From contig JBNJGH010000031.1 in the NCBI GenBank assembly GCA_051747585.1, positions 1 to 31,772 on the forward strand: DNA of 31,772 nt, given 5' to 3'. The stretch is from Candidatus Rifleibacteriota bacterium. GTDB lineage: Bacteria; Muiribacteriota; Ozemobacteria; Ozemobacterales; Ozemobacteraceae. Within the stretch, counting starts at the first letter, position 1; the number at the start of each line of letters is the position of its first letter. Positions 18,090-27,044 of the stretch are shown here, in pieces. The notes beneath the pieces are model-generated. The model worked only from the letters and a program-made list of their open reading frames with translations, did not search any database and had not been told where the DNA came from. A program made the translations under genes and the position numbers.

Positions 18090-19032
18090 CCAGGACAATA
18101 ATCATCTCGATACAGATTTGCCTCCTGAACTGGCAAATCATTGCCAAACCTGCAAAGACTGCCGGCATGATTTACAGACCCTGTCCATGCTTAAAAAGGC
18201 AAAAAGCTCTCTAAGTCCTTCAGATAAAGATAAAAATCGCCTCTACAAAAATTGCCTGAATTTAATTAATGAAGAAAACAATCAGGGCAGCATTACAACA
18301 AAAATTAGCTCTATAATGAATTCAATTTTATGTAATTATAAACTTACTGGGTCCTTCGCGCTTGTTTTAATCTGCTTTTTACTATTTTATTCAGCCGGCT
18401 ATTTCGCAAGCCATGAACAGGCAAACAACAACAAGAAAAATATTTCCAAGCCGGAAGTCAGTTACATTAAAATTCACGGAACAGGTAAGATAATCGACCA
18501 GGCAACGAAAAAAGCAGCAGAATTTTCTTACCAGCCCTACAATATAATCGAGTTAGACAACAAAAAATTACAAATAGAAAATTATGCCAAATTGATTTTC
18601 CCTGATAAGGGTAAAATTATGATAACAGGCAATGCCGAACTTACTATTCTTAAAAATGGCTTTGAGGTAGCCAAAGGAACTTTTAAAGCCGAGTTTCAGA
18701 AGCAAACTAAAGATTTCAATATTTTAGTACCACATGCTCGATTGGTGATCAGCGGAACTGTAGTCGAATTCAACATTGGCTTACAAAAAGCAATTATTAA
18801 ATTGATCAGCGGGAGTGCAAAAATCATACCTGCTAATTTACAACAAGAGCCTTTTATATGGGAGAAAGGAAGCGTCATCCACTTAAAAGAAAACGAGCTT
18901 CTTAAACCTGAATTCCTTTCAAAAAACAACAACAATCCGCCCACACAGACGAGCTCTGATAATAGCGGTTTTTCTAACAAGTCTCTAGATACATCGAATT
19001 CTAAAACGGGTTTCGGTAATTCGGCACAATAA
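18058..19032 (+). CDS. Membrane anti-sigma factor: zinc-binding ZAS domain, TM helix, FecR-like periplasmic domain
   Basis: HCQTCKDC (HxxxCxxC); TM FALVLICFLLFYSAGYF; beta-rich region with LVISGTVVEF and LISGSAKI as in FecR; overlaps the sigma gene. Confidence 0.8.
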   Translation: MSCQKLLTWIDQDNNHLDTDLPPELANHCQTCKDCRHDLQTLSMLKKAKSSLSPSDKDKNRLYKNCLNLINEENNQGSITTKISSIMNSILCNYKLTGSFALVLICFLLFYSAGYFASHEQANNNKKNISKPEVSYIKIHGTGKIIDQATKKAAEFSYQPYNIIELDNKKLQIENYAKLIFPDKGKIMITGNAELTILKNGFEVAKGTFKAEFQKQTKDFNILVPHARLVISGTVVEFNIGLQKAIIKLISGSAKIIPANLQQEPFIWEKGSVIHLKENELLKPEFLSKNNNNPPTQTSSDNSGFSNKSLDTSNSKTGFGNSAQ

Positions 19033-19085
19033 GTGCCATTACAATAAAAAAATCGGCTTCGGCCGTAAATTGAGGAGAGAGTTTT

Positions 19086-20759
19086 ATGATACTAAAACGA
19101 ATGCTTACAAGTTTCCTGATAATGGCAATCATCGTATTACCAGCATCGCTCGCCGCTCAAACCACAGAAGAATGGGAAGCCGACCTTGAGGCATATACCA
19201 ATGCCATGACTGAGCCAAAAGATTATCTTAAAGCACTTGATCTATCAAAAAAATGGATAGACTATTCTGAAGCAGATGCTGTTAAAGCCCATCAAATTAC
19301 AGGATTAAATGATCCTGCAGAAAATTTAACCATTGCCAGAAACAATGTTTATCGTGAAGTTGCAGCAAACTACGTAGAGGTTTTCAACCAGCAATTTGCA
19401 GAAAACCCTGTCGAAGCCGCTAAACTTGGGATTGGTTTACAAACCTTTCTCGATGACAATCCTGAAATGCTTGACGAGTTTGCAGCTGCAAATAATATGT
19501 CTAACCAGCAGATGACAACCGGCATAGATGAGGCTATTAAGCAATCATTTATAAAAACTTATACAGAAATGGCAAAAGTTTACAGTAAGTTAATGAAAGA
19601 CGGCGAAAAAGACCAGGCTTTAAAACTTGCCACAAAATGGAAAACTGTTGTCGATGATCTAGCCGCAGCCGGCAACCCACTACCACAGCAATTTCAAGAC
19701 TTCACCAATATCGATCTTTCTGAAACTTTAGAGCAGGCAGGAGACTTAACCCATGATGCCTTTAAATTTACCGAGCTTGTTAAAAATGGAAACTTTGATG
19801 AGGCTTTTGCGCTAATAGATAAATGGGAAAAAATTGCTGCAACCGACCCAACTCAGCTAACTGCGGTAAATTACCTGCTTAACGAAAACGAAGCTCTCAA
19901 AATTACCACTGCAGAAGAATGGGCAGATGCTTTTGAAAACATCAGAGCTGCAACCTACGAAACAATGTTTAATCAGGATTTGCAAAAATATAAAAATGAG
20001 ATCGCTTCAGGCAATATTGATGGCGCACTCGCTTTAGTAAACAAATGGCAGGAAATTATCAATTCTGTTGATCCGGCACTGGCCGATAAAATCGCCCAAA
20101 AATTTAACATTACCAAAGAAGAATTCAGCGACAACCTTGATGCACAAGCTGACGTCATAAGCAATATTGAAACTGAGTTTCAAAACGCGAACGTTGAAGA
20201 GTTCAAAAAAGATCTTGATGAATATAATCAGTGTGTCGAAATCTTCACCAGTAACCCAACCGGATCTGATGAGTGGTATTCTTCTGCAGCCAGAGCAATG
20301 GAACTAGCCGGCAAATGGAGCAGAATTTCAGAACAAAATCCATCTCTTGCAACCGAAATAACTGAGGCAACCGGTATCGTACTTCCCAGAGATTCTGATG
20401 AGGTGGTCAAGGTGGGCTTAGATGCGGCAATGCAGGATTCAGCTAAAAAGTTCAACGAAGCTATGGGTAATGGCGACTTCAATCAGGCCCGCGATTATGT
20501 TAACGCATGGCTGGATTACCTTGAAAATCATCCTCGAGTAAATGAACTGGCCGGTGAAAAATGGGGCGACGAGTTTATTGCCAATCTCGAAAACTATAAA
20601 AAAGGTCTTACAATAATGCTTGGTGAAGACCCGGAAGAAGAAGTTGCTTCGCAAACATATGATCCTCAGCCAACCGAGGGTGATGATGGAACTGAAGAAG
20701 ACGTTAACTCACAAGTTGACACTTCCGGCTCCAATATTGGCTTTGGAGCCTCCGAATAA
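19086..20759 (+). CDS. Secreted acidic alpha-helical repeat protein of unknown function
   Basis: GAGGAG RBS; signal peptide ending LPASLAA; about 7 repeats of [YF]xxxhxxGxxxxAxxLxxKW; acidic disordered tail. Confidence 0.85.
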   Translation: MILKRMLTSFLIMAIIVLPASLAAQTTEEWEADLEAYTNAMTEPKDYLKALDLSKKWIDYSEADAVKAHQITGLNDPAENLTIARNNVYREVAANYVEVFNQQFAENPVEAAKLGIGLQTFLDDNPEMLDEFAAANNMSNQQMTTGIDEAIKQSFIKTYTEMAKVYSKLMKDGEKDQALKLATKWKTVVDDLAAAGNPLPQQFQDFTNIDLSETLEQAGDLTHDAFKFTELVKNGNFDEAFALIDKWEKIAATDPTQLTAVNYLLNENEALKITTAEEWADAFENIRAATYETMFNQDLQKYKNEIASGNIDGALALVNKWQEIINSVDPALADKIAQKFNITKEEFSDNLDAQADVISNIETEFQNANVEEFKKDLDEYNQCVEIFTSNPTGSDEWYSSAARAMELAGKWSRISEQNPSLATEITEATGIVLPRDSDEVVKVGLDAAMQDSAKKFNEAMGNGDFNQARDYVNAWLDYLENHPRVNELAGEKWGDEFIANLENYKKGLTIMLGEDPEEEVASQTYDPQPTEGDDGTEEDVNSQVDTSGSNIGFGASE

Positions 20760-20784
20760 GCTAAAGAACTTTTAATTAGTATTG

Positions 20785-20827
20785 CTGCTCTGCCTGTTAT
20801 AAGATTTTTTCTAAACAGGCAGAGCAG
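20785..20827 (+). terminator. Stem-loop after the ECF operon, probable terminator
   Basis: CTGCTCTGCCTGTT...AACAGGCAGAGCAG (14-bp stem) followed by TTATTTT. Confidence 0.7.
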
Positions 20828-20902
20828 TTATTTTAAATTGGCTCTTTATCATGTATTCTATTCTCTGATTTATACAACATTAATTCCTGAAAGAGTTAAG
20901 TC

Positions 20903-22117
20903 ATGAAAGTTGCTGTTATTGGCGGCGGAGCTGCAGGGTTCTTTGCTGCAATCTGCATTAAAGAAAACTACCCATCTGCTGAGGTAACCATTTTTGAAAA
21001 GTCGGTTAATATTTTGCGAAAAGTAAAAGTTTCCGGCGGTGGGCGCTGCAACCTTACCAATGGTTGCAAAACCATTAAAGAGCTTTGTTCTGCTTATCCA
21101 AGAGGTGCTAATCATCTAAAAAAAGCTTTCAAAACTTTTGATAACCATGACGCAATGCAATGGCTTAAAACCAAAGGAGTAAAACTGACAGTTCAAGAAG
21201 ATGGCTGCGTTTTTCCGGCCTCACAAAACTCGCAAACCGTTATCGATTGCTTTTTCAAACTTTCAGAAAAATTAAAAATCCAGATAAAAACAAAGTCTGA
21301 AATCAACTCTATAATTCCAGCAAAAGGCAGAGTGCAACTATCAATCAAAAATAAGAGTAACGACAACAACATTTTCGACAAAGTTGTTGTCGCTGTTGGT
21401 GGCATTTCCAAAAGAGAAAAATTGAACTGGCTTGAAAAGCTTGGTCATAAAATTGAACCGCCCGTTCCATCGTTATTTACCTTTAATATGCCGAACGAAG
21501 CCATAAAAGATTTAATGGGAATAGTGGTTGAAAACGCTATTGTCAGCCTTGAAGACACAAATATTAAAACCAGAGGGCCGGTTCTGATAACTCATTGGGG
21601 AATGAGTGGTCCGGCAATACTTAAAGCCTCGGCTTTTGGCGCCAGATTGCTGCATAACAAAAATTATGATTTCAAAATTCATTTAAACTGGCCAGGCATT
21701 GAAAAAACAGAAATTATTCGCAACAAAATACGAGCAATTACAACTGAAAATGCAAAGAAGAACTTAACCAACTACCGCCCGTTTAATTTGCCCGACAGGC
21801 TTTGGCGTTATCTTCTTAAAAAATTAAATTTTGCTGCCACGCAAAAATGGAACGAGCTGGGCAAAAAAAATCTTAACCGCCTGGTAGAAGTTTTGTCTAA
21901 CGACATCTACCGAGTGCAGGGGCAAAGTGCTTTTCGGGAAGAATTTGTAACCTGTGGTGGAGTCAGTCTTAAAAGCATTAACATAAAAACCATGCAAAGC
22001 AGAAAAGTGCCTGGCTTATATTTCGCCGGCGAAGTTCTTGACATAGACGGTATTACCGGCGGATTCAACTTTCAAGCAGCCTGGACAACAGCATTCATAG
22101 CCGCCAAACTGGAATAA
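20903..22117 (+). CDS. HI0933/YhiN (BaiN-like) flavoprotein
   Basis: IGGGAAG, KVKVSGGGRCNLTN, LITHWGMSGPAIL, VTCGGV, GLYFAGEVLDIDGITGGFNFQAAW. Confidence 0.93.
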   Translation: MKVAVIGGGAAGFFAAICIKENYPSAEVTIFEKSVNILRKVKVSGGGRCNLTNGCKTIKELCSAYPRGANHLKKAFKTFDNHDAMQWLKTKGVKLTVQEDGCVFPASQNSQTVIDCFFKLSEKLKIQIKTKSEINSIIPAKGRVQLSIKNKSNDNNIFDKVVVAVGGISKREKLNWLEKLGHKIEPPVPSLFTFNMPNEAIKDLMGIVVENAIVSLEDTNIKTRGPVLITHWGMSGPAILKASAFGARLLHNKNYDFKIHLNWPGIEKTEIIRNKIRAITTENAKKNLTNYRPFNLPDRLWRYLLKKLNFAATQKWNELGKKNLNRLVEVLSNDIYRVQGQSAFREEFVTCGGVSLKSINIKTMQSRKVPGLYFAGEVLDIDGITGGFNFQAAWTTAFIAAKLE

Positions 22118-22127
22118 TTGATGCAAC

Positions 22128-22165
22128 AAAAAAAGAGCCACTTAACTACAAGCGGCTCTTTTTTT
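22128..22165. terminator. Bidirectional intrinsic terminator
   Basis: A7-GAGCCACTT...AAGCGGCTC-T7 between convergent genes. Confidence 0.85.
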
Positions 22166-22189
22166 ATTAATTATTCGCGACAAAAACAC

Positions 22190-22513
22190 TTAAGAAATGC
22201 TGGAAAAAGTGCTTATTGTTTCGTTGAAAAGTTTTTCCATTTTGTTGCTGCTGTTTTCAAAAGTTTTGCTGAAGTTTTTGTTGAGATCTTCGCCGACTTT
22301 AACAGTTTTGTTATAGTTTTTCTTAGCAAAATCCACATTTCGGCCCATCTGGTCAAACATGATGTCAGCATTTTTTTTGGTGAAATTGCTGCACTGTTCC
22401 ATGTTTGAATTCCAGAAGTTTTTCATGATGTCGAAATTGCGGTTTGCCGCATCGGTTAAAGTCTGTGTGCTTTCTTTTGTCATTTCCATCCAGTTTGTCA
22501 TATCAGTATACAT
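22190..22513 (-). CDS. Small amphipathic helical protein, phasin-like (107 aa)
   Basis: AAGGAG RBS before ATG 22513 (MYTDMTNW...); rich in N/K/M/F, no Pro, helical periodicity. The CDS is well supported; the product name is tentative. Confidence 0.55.
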   Translation of the reverse strand: MYTDMTNWMEMTKESTQTLTDAANRNFDIMKNFWNSNMEQCSNFTKKNADIMFDQMGRNVDFAKKNYNKTVKVGEDLNKNFSKTFENSSNKMEKLFNETISTFSSIS

Positions 22514-22627
22514 ATTAAATCTCCTTAGAAGTATTTTTACAATTTTTGCCGCCGCCCTATTGCGTTGCAAAATAAGCATAACTTTTTTGCTGCGTCGCGT
22601 CAAGTTTTTTTTATATTTTGTTTAAGC

Positions 22628-22994
22628 CAGGAATTCTCGGTCAATTATTATTAGGTGGTTACAAAAAGTTCTGTTTTTTTTCTTTCTGTCAAATATAGAA
22701 TTTAAACCACTGAGGCCACCGAGGGCTCAGAGTTGATTTTTTAATCTTTTTCAGCCAGGATTTGTCCTGTGGACAAATAGCCGGCGGTTTTACCGCCCGG
22801 CTTTTCCTTCGTCAGCAAGCCTTCGAAAAGCACTCGTGTTTTTCTGAAGGCTTGCTGACGAAGGAAACAATGGCTGAAAAAGATTCTCTGTGTTCTCTGT
22901 GCGCTCTGTGGTTATTTTCTTTGTGGCTTTGAGACTTGGTGTGAGGAATATTCTTTTCGAAAACCAACTGATAGACGCTTACCGAGAATTGCTG
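22628..22994 (+). mobile_element. MITE copy 3 (367 bp)
   Basis: TIRs CAGGAATTCTCGGTCA / TTACCGAGAATTGCTG; 9-bp target duplication TGTTTAAGC (22619-22627, 22995-23003). Confidence 0.92.
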
Positions 22995-23091
22995 TGTTTA
23001 AGCATTGCATTTTATCACTAAAATCAGGACAATTAGAAGATATGAAGATTTAACAAGCTTATTTTTTATAGCAAATTTACTGGAGGCTTTT

Positions 23092-24774
23092 ATGCGTAGA
23101 TTATGGTTATTTTCTTTTGCTTTGTTGTTTTGTGCCGTTTCGGTCTATGGTGAGATCGATTTGTATCTGGCTCCCGATGGCGGTTGGGCTGAAACGAATA
23201 AGTCCCAGATCATAGAACTCGATGAAGAACAGGAAATCAAAGGCACACTCAACAATGCAGTGGTAGATATGATTCATGACACCAAAGAGGGCGGTCTTAT
23301 AAAAATTGCCATGTACGCCTTCAGTGAAGAGGACTTGCAGAACACGGTTATAAACGCAGCCTTTCATCGTGATATTAAAGTCAAAATTCTGCTCGATGGA
23401 GTAGCAGCCTGGACAAAAGAAATACGCAAAGAATTTTATGAAAAAATCAAAGTTGCCCGCCAGAATGTTCCGGTTGAGAAATGGAACAATTTACAGGTAA
23501 GATCAGTTACCAAACGCATGTTTGAAGACAGGAACCGAACAAGAGTTCTTTCCGATGGCAAAAGAATCTATGGCACCATGCATGAAAAGTTTGGCGTTTT
23601 TTACCAGCCTGGCTTGAAGGTTCCCTTTGATTGCTTTAACGGCAGCGCAAATATTTCATTCGGTTCCGACCAAAAATTCAGCGAAAACCGGTTTGTCTTT
23701 AAAAACGAACCATCCGTAGCCCGCCAGTTTGCCGAAGAATTTGCCCGCCTCTGGAATGAATACGGTGAAGAAGTTCTTGGCAGAACTGAATCCGAGCCAT
23801 ATATTTCTGCGGAACCCGTTATGGGTGAAGTCGAAGTAATTTTCAACGGCGAACCTTTAAATGAAGAAGAATTTCACCGAATTGACAAATGCCTGATTGA
23901 TCATATTGACATGGTCGACCGCAAAAACGGAACCATTGATATAATGATGTTCAGCTTCACCCATTTCGAAATTGCCCAGCACCTGCTTGATATGGCCCAA
24001 TGGAATCCTGAAATTACTATCCGCATTATTATGGATCAAACTCAGGTTATAGCAGACGAAGAACACCGCGGAGTTCTTGGACCATACATGGAAGAACAGG
24101 CAGAAAAACGAGGCATTGAAAATCTTCACATTCGCTACAAATGGCGTACTAACATTTTCCGTTGGGCAGCACCCGAAGAAGAAAAAGCAGCTAAAACAAA
24201 AGAAGCTGACGAAACCGGCAAAGCCGAACCAGACACGGACGAAATTGTTAAAGAAAAGGCTCTTGAACCTGAAATCGAAGCAATTCACTGGCGCAATCTT
24301 ATTCTGCATCATAAAGTTTTAGTCGTTAATGGTAATCGTATGGTTGCAGGCAGTTACAATTACTCTGCTTCTGCCGAAGAGCGCAACTTTGAAAACGTTA
24401 TGGTCTTCAATGGTCAGTATCCAGATCAACAAGAACCAATAGATAGAATGCAGGCCGAGTTTGATTTAATGTGGAACTCGGTTTACAAAGAAGAAATCAA
24501 AACAAAAAGAAACAGAACTCCGCAGGTAGTAACTGGCCCCGTCGGGCGCAGACTGACAAAAACTATCCACGAGCTCTTCAAGCAAGACGGCATCAAAGAA
24601 ATTCTTGATGTGATCGACAATGCCAAATATGTTTCAGCTTCGGTAAAAGAGCTCGTTGCAGCAACTGATATGAATGAAGCTGAAATAAAGCAAAAAATTC
24701 AGGCTTTGCTCGAAGCTGGAATTCTGCATGTTAGAACCTTCAAAGACGAAGAATTCTACGGCCTGGCCGATTAA
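23092..24774 (+). CDS. Exported phospholipase D-superfamily protein (two Nuc-like domains) with possible C-terminal winged helix
   Basis: GGAGG RBS before ATG 23092; signal peptide MRRLWLFSFALLFCAVSVYG; IKIAMYAFS/IDIMMFSFT; MHEKF...GSAN and LHHKV...GSYNYS...NFEN. Confidence 0.85.
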   Translation: MRRLWLFSFALLFCAVSVYGEIDLYLAPDGGWAETNKSQIIELDEEQEIKGTLNNAVVDMIHDTKEGGLIKIAMYAFSEEDLQNTVINAAFHRDIKVKILLDGVAAWTKEIRKEFYEKIKVARQNVPVEKWNNLQVRSVTKRMFEDRNRTRVLSDGKRIYGTMHEKFGVFYQPGLKVPFDCFNGSANISFGSDQKFSENRFVFKNEPSVARQFAEEFARLWNEYGEEVLGRTESEPYISAEPVMGEVEVIFNGEPLNEEEFHRIDKCLIDHIDMVDRKNGTIDIMMFSFTHFEIAQHLLDMAQWNPEITIRIIMDQTQVIADEEHRGVLGPYMEEQAEKRGIENLHIRYKWRTNIFRWAAPEEEKAAKTKEADETGKAEPDTDEIVKEKALEPEIEAIHWRNLILHHKVLVVNGNRMVAGSYNYSASAEERNFENVMVFNGQYPDQQEPIDRMQAEFDLMWNSVYKEEIKTKRNRTPQVVTGPVGRRLTKTIHELFKQDGIKEILDVIDNAKYVSASVKELVAATDMNEAEIKQKIQALLEAGILHVRTFKDEEFYGLAD

Positions 24775-24797
24775 AAGACCCGTTATTTCCTAAACTT

Positions 24798-24834
24798 AAA
24801 ACCGGTGGCTATGTTTAAAGTAGCCACCGGTTTT
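24798..24834 (+). terminator. Intrinsic terminator
   Basis: AAAACCGGTGGCTA...TAGCCACCGGTTTT just after the PLD gene. Confidence 0.85.
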
Positions 24835-24942
24835 CTGGTTTAACCATCATTTTGCAAACTACAAAGAATCTGTTGTTTGAATTGCCAAAGCAAGATGTGC
24901 GATTATATTTAATATATAGTCTTAATAAGTGAGAAGGAAAAA

Positions 24943-26940
24943 ATGGTTAATGATAAAAATCTAAAAATAAAATGGCAAACAAAATTGATACCGGTATTAT
25001 TTTTGCTGACCCTGTTGAATTGTCCGGCGTTGATGAGTCAAGAGAACAACTACATGGAAGAACAGTTTGAAAAAAAGGCAACGAAACTTTTAGGGGTAAA
25101 AGTCTATGCACAAAGCTACGAAATGGATCTCGCAACGATTAATATCGAAAATCTTCTTATAGGCGACAAAAACAAGCAGGCGATTGCTACAATTGAAAAA
25201 GTCAGTGCAACCTGCGACCTTCTTAACCTGATGGCCGGACGAATCATTTTGAAAGATATTTCTCTTGCTTCAGCCAATCTTAACCTCTCAGCCGAATACC
25301 TAAAAACACTGAAAAAGTACAAGCCTTCGGCAAAAAAAACTTCCAAGAAAAGTAAAAGCATAAAAGATCTGCCTTTCTTGAAACTCAACGGTAAAGATAT
25401 AAAAATAAACATCAAAGACAAGAGGTCAGACCGACTTTTAACCGTATTGATTGATAAAGTCAATCTTGCCAGAGAAAAAGACTCTGACGAAGTGAATGCA
25501 GAATTAACAGGATCTGTTAAAGCAGAAAAACTTACAAAACCCCATACTCCTTTATTTAACGGACAACTAAACAGCAGCTTCAAACTTAGCGGCAACATGT
25601 CGCTACCCAAGATTCAGGGATCTGCAAAACTAACAAAATTAAGAATTGCAAAAAATCTGCTCAAGCAACCGCTCAGCATGCCTGAAGCATCTTTTTCATT
25701 CAGCAACGACAAAGTTGAGACCCAAAGCTTGCAAGTTTCCTGGGGCAGCTCAAAAGTTAAAATACGAAAAATTCTTCTTGATTTAAACAAAGATAAATTG
25801 AATATTGGATACCTTATAAAACCCCTAGCCTTCGGTGAAATAAGCACAGCTTTTATCTCAAAAAAAGGCCTGACCATTTCGGGCAACGGCACAAGTGAAG
25901 GAACAATAACAGGTTCAAGCAAAAAGATAGAAATTAACGGCAATCTCGAAATTCCCCGCTGCAATGTTAACGCTCCTCTTGAAAGTGCAAAGCAGCAGAA
26001 TATTTACATTTTCCCGTTCAAAAATGTTTCGGCCACCTACAACTACAATGGCGAGACCATTACAATCAATGATGCCGCAGCCGGCATTTTTGACGGGAAA
26101 CTGACAGGAAAAGGGGAGGTTTTTCCCGAAACTGCACCCATAAAATTCACAATGAACCTCAAAGGCAATAGCCTTAAGGTTGAACAATTCCTTTCAGAAA
26201 ACAGCAGCCAGAAAAACGTTGTAACCGGCACAGCAAACGCAAATTTCAATGCAACCGGCAATTCAAGCGGCCTCAAGAGCATGCAGGGCGATGGTAGCTT
26301 TATAATGCCGGATGGTAATTATCAGGCTCCACCGGTTATAACTCCGGCGCTTTCGTTACTTAATTTGCGTCAGTTTGCTTCGGGCAAGATCGAATCAGGC
26401 CAGGGCACCTTCAAGTTAAAAAATGGAATAATGAATACCGATGACCTGCTCTTTGTTGCCGAAGCAGGCAAGCTGTATTATCGCGGCCAGGTTGGGCTGG
26501 ATACCAGTCTTTCCGGGAAAATGAGTATTATTTTTACTCAAAATGCTCTGGCTGAAAGTCAAATTCTGCGCCAAATTTCGTCCGATGGTAAAAATGCCAA
26601 AATACCTACCAGAGTTGAAGGCACCCTTTTATCACCATCGTTTCCCGGCTTAAGTGCCCAGAATCTTCTCGAACTCGGACTCAAGCGCAGAGGACAGAAA
26701 ATGCTCCAGGACATATTGCTTCCAGAGCGCCAAAATAATGACAGCACTGAAACTGAAAAAACTGAAGAACAAAACTCCCCTGAAGAACACCTATTGAAAG
26801 GTCTACAGCACATTTTCGAGAAAAGGAAACGGACTCCTGCAGAAATGAACAAAAATGCAAACAGCCCACCCGACCCGAAGCAGGACGAGGATAAAAAAGA
26901 CACCCTCGAAGACAAATTAAAAAACATCTTCAAATTTTAA
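24943..26940 (+). CDS. AsmA-like (beta-groove) envelope protein
   Basis: N-terminal hydrophobic segment; repeated beta strands (GIFDGKLTGKG, GTFKLKNGIMNTDDL, IPTRVEGTLLSPSF); amphipathic tail LKNIFKF. Confidence 0.8.
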   Translation: MVNDKNLKIKWQTKLIPVLFLLTLLNCPALMSQENNYMEEQFEKKATKLLGVKVYAQSYEMDLATINIENLLIGDKNKQAIATIEKVSATCDLLNLMAGRIILKDISLASANLNLSAEYLKTLKKYKPSAKKTSKKSKSIKDLPFLKLNGKDIKINIKDKRSDRLLTVLIDKVNLAREKDSDEVNAELTGSVKAEKLTKPHTPLFNGQLNSSFKLSGNMSLPKIQGSAKLTKLRIAKNLLKQPLSMPEASFSFSNDKVETQSLQVSWGSSKVKIRKILLDLNKDKLNIGYLIKPLAFGEISTAFISKKGLTISGNGTSEGTITGSSKKIEINGNLEIPRCNVNAPLESAKQQNIYIFPFKNVSATYNYNGETITINDAAAGIFDGKLTGKGEVFPETAPIKFTMNLKGNSLKVEQFLSENSSQKNVVTGTANANFNATGNSSGLKSMQGDGSFIMPDGNYQAPPVITPALSLLNLRQFASGKIESGQGTFKLKNGIMNTDDLLFVAEAGKLYYRGQVGLDTSLSGKMSIIFTQNALAESQILRQISSDGKNAKIPTRVEGTLLSPSFPGLSAQNLLELGLKRRGQKMLQDILLPERQNNDSTETEKTEEQNSPEEHLLKGLQHIFEKRKRTPAEMNKNANSPPDPKQDEDKKDTLEDKLKNIFKF

Positions 26941-27011
26941 CCTACCTGTCCCGATACAGTTGTATTACCAGACAAACCAGCACAAGCCGAGTAAAAAAAT
27001 CAGATAATGAG

Positions 27012-27044
27012 AAAAAAAAAGGGACTGCCCGCAAAGGCAGCCCC
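27012..27044 (-). terminator. Intrinsic terminator (minus strand)
   Basis: Minus strand GGGGCTGCC-TTTGCG-GGCAGTCCC followed by T9. Confidence 0.8.

Noticed and set aside
19023..19065. Small hairpins GGCAC/GTGCC and CGGC-TTCG-GCCG between anti-sigma and repeat protein
   Set aside because: Stems of only 4-5 bp with no U-tract; too weak to call a terminator or processing site.
22577..22602. Third ECF-like promoter CATAAC-N15-CGTCA facing the PLD gene
   Set aside because: Spacer is shorter than in the other two and the shared flanking bases are missing.
23005..23091. Longer N-termini in the ORF track (23005, 22603, 16629, 13527, 4813)
   Set aside because: Downstream ATGs have better RBS, signal-peptide position, domain start or stop-start coupling.
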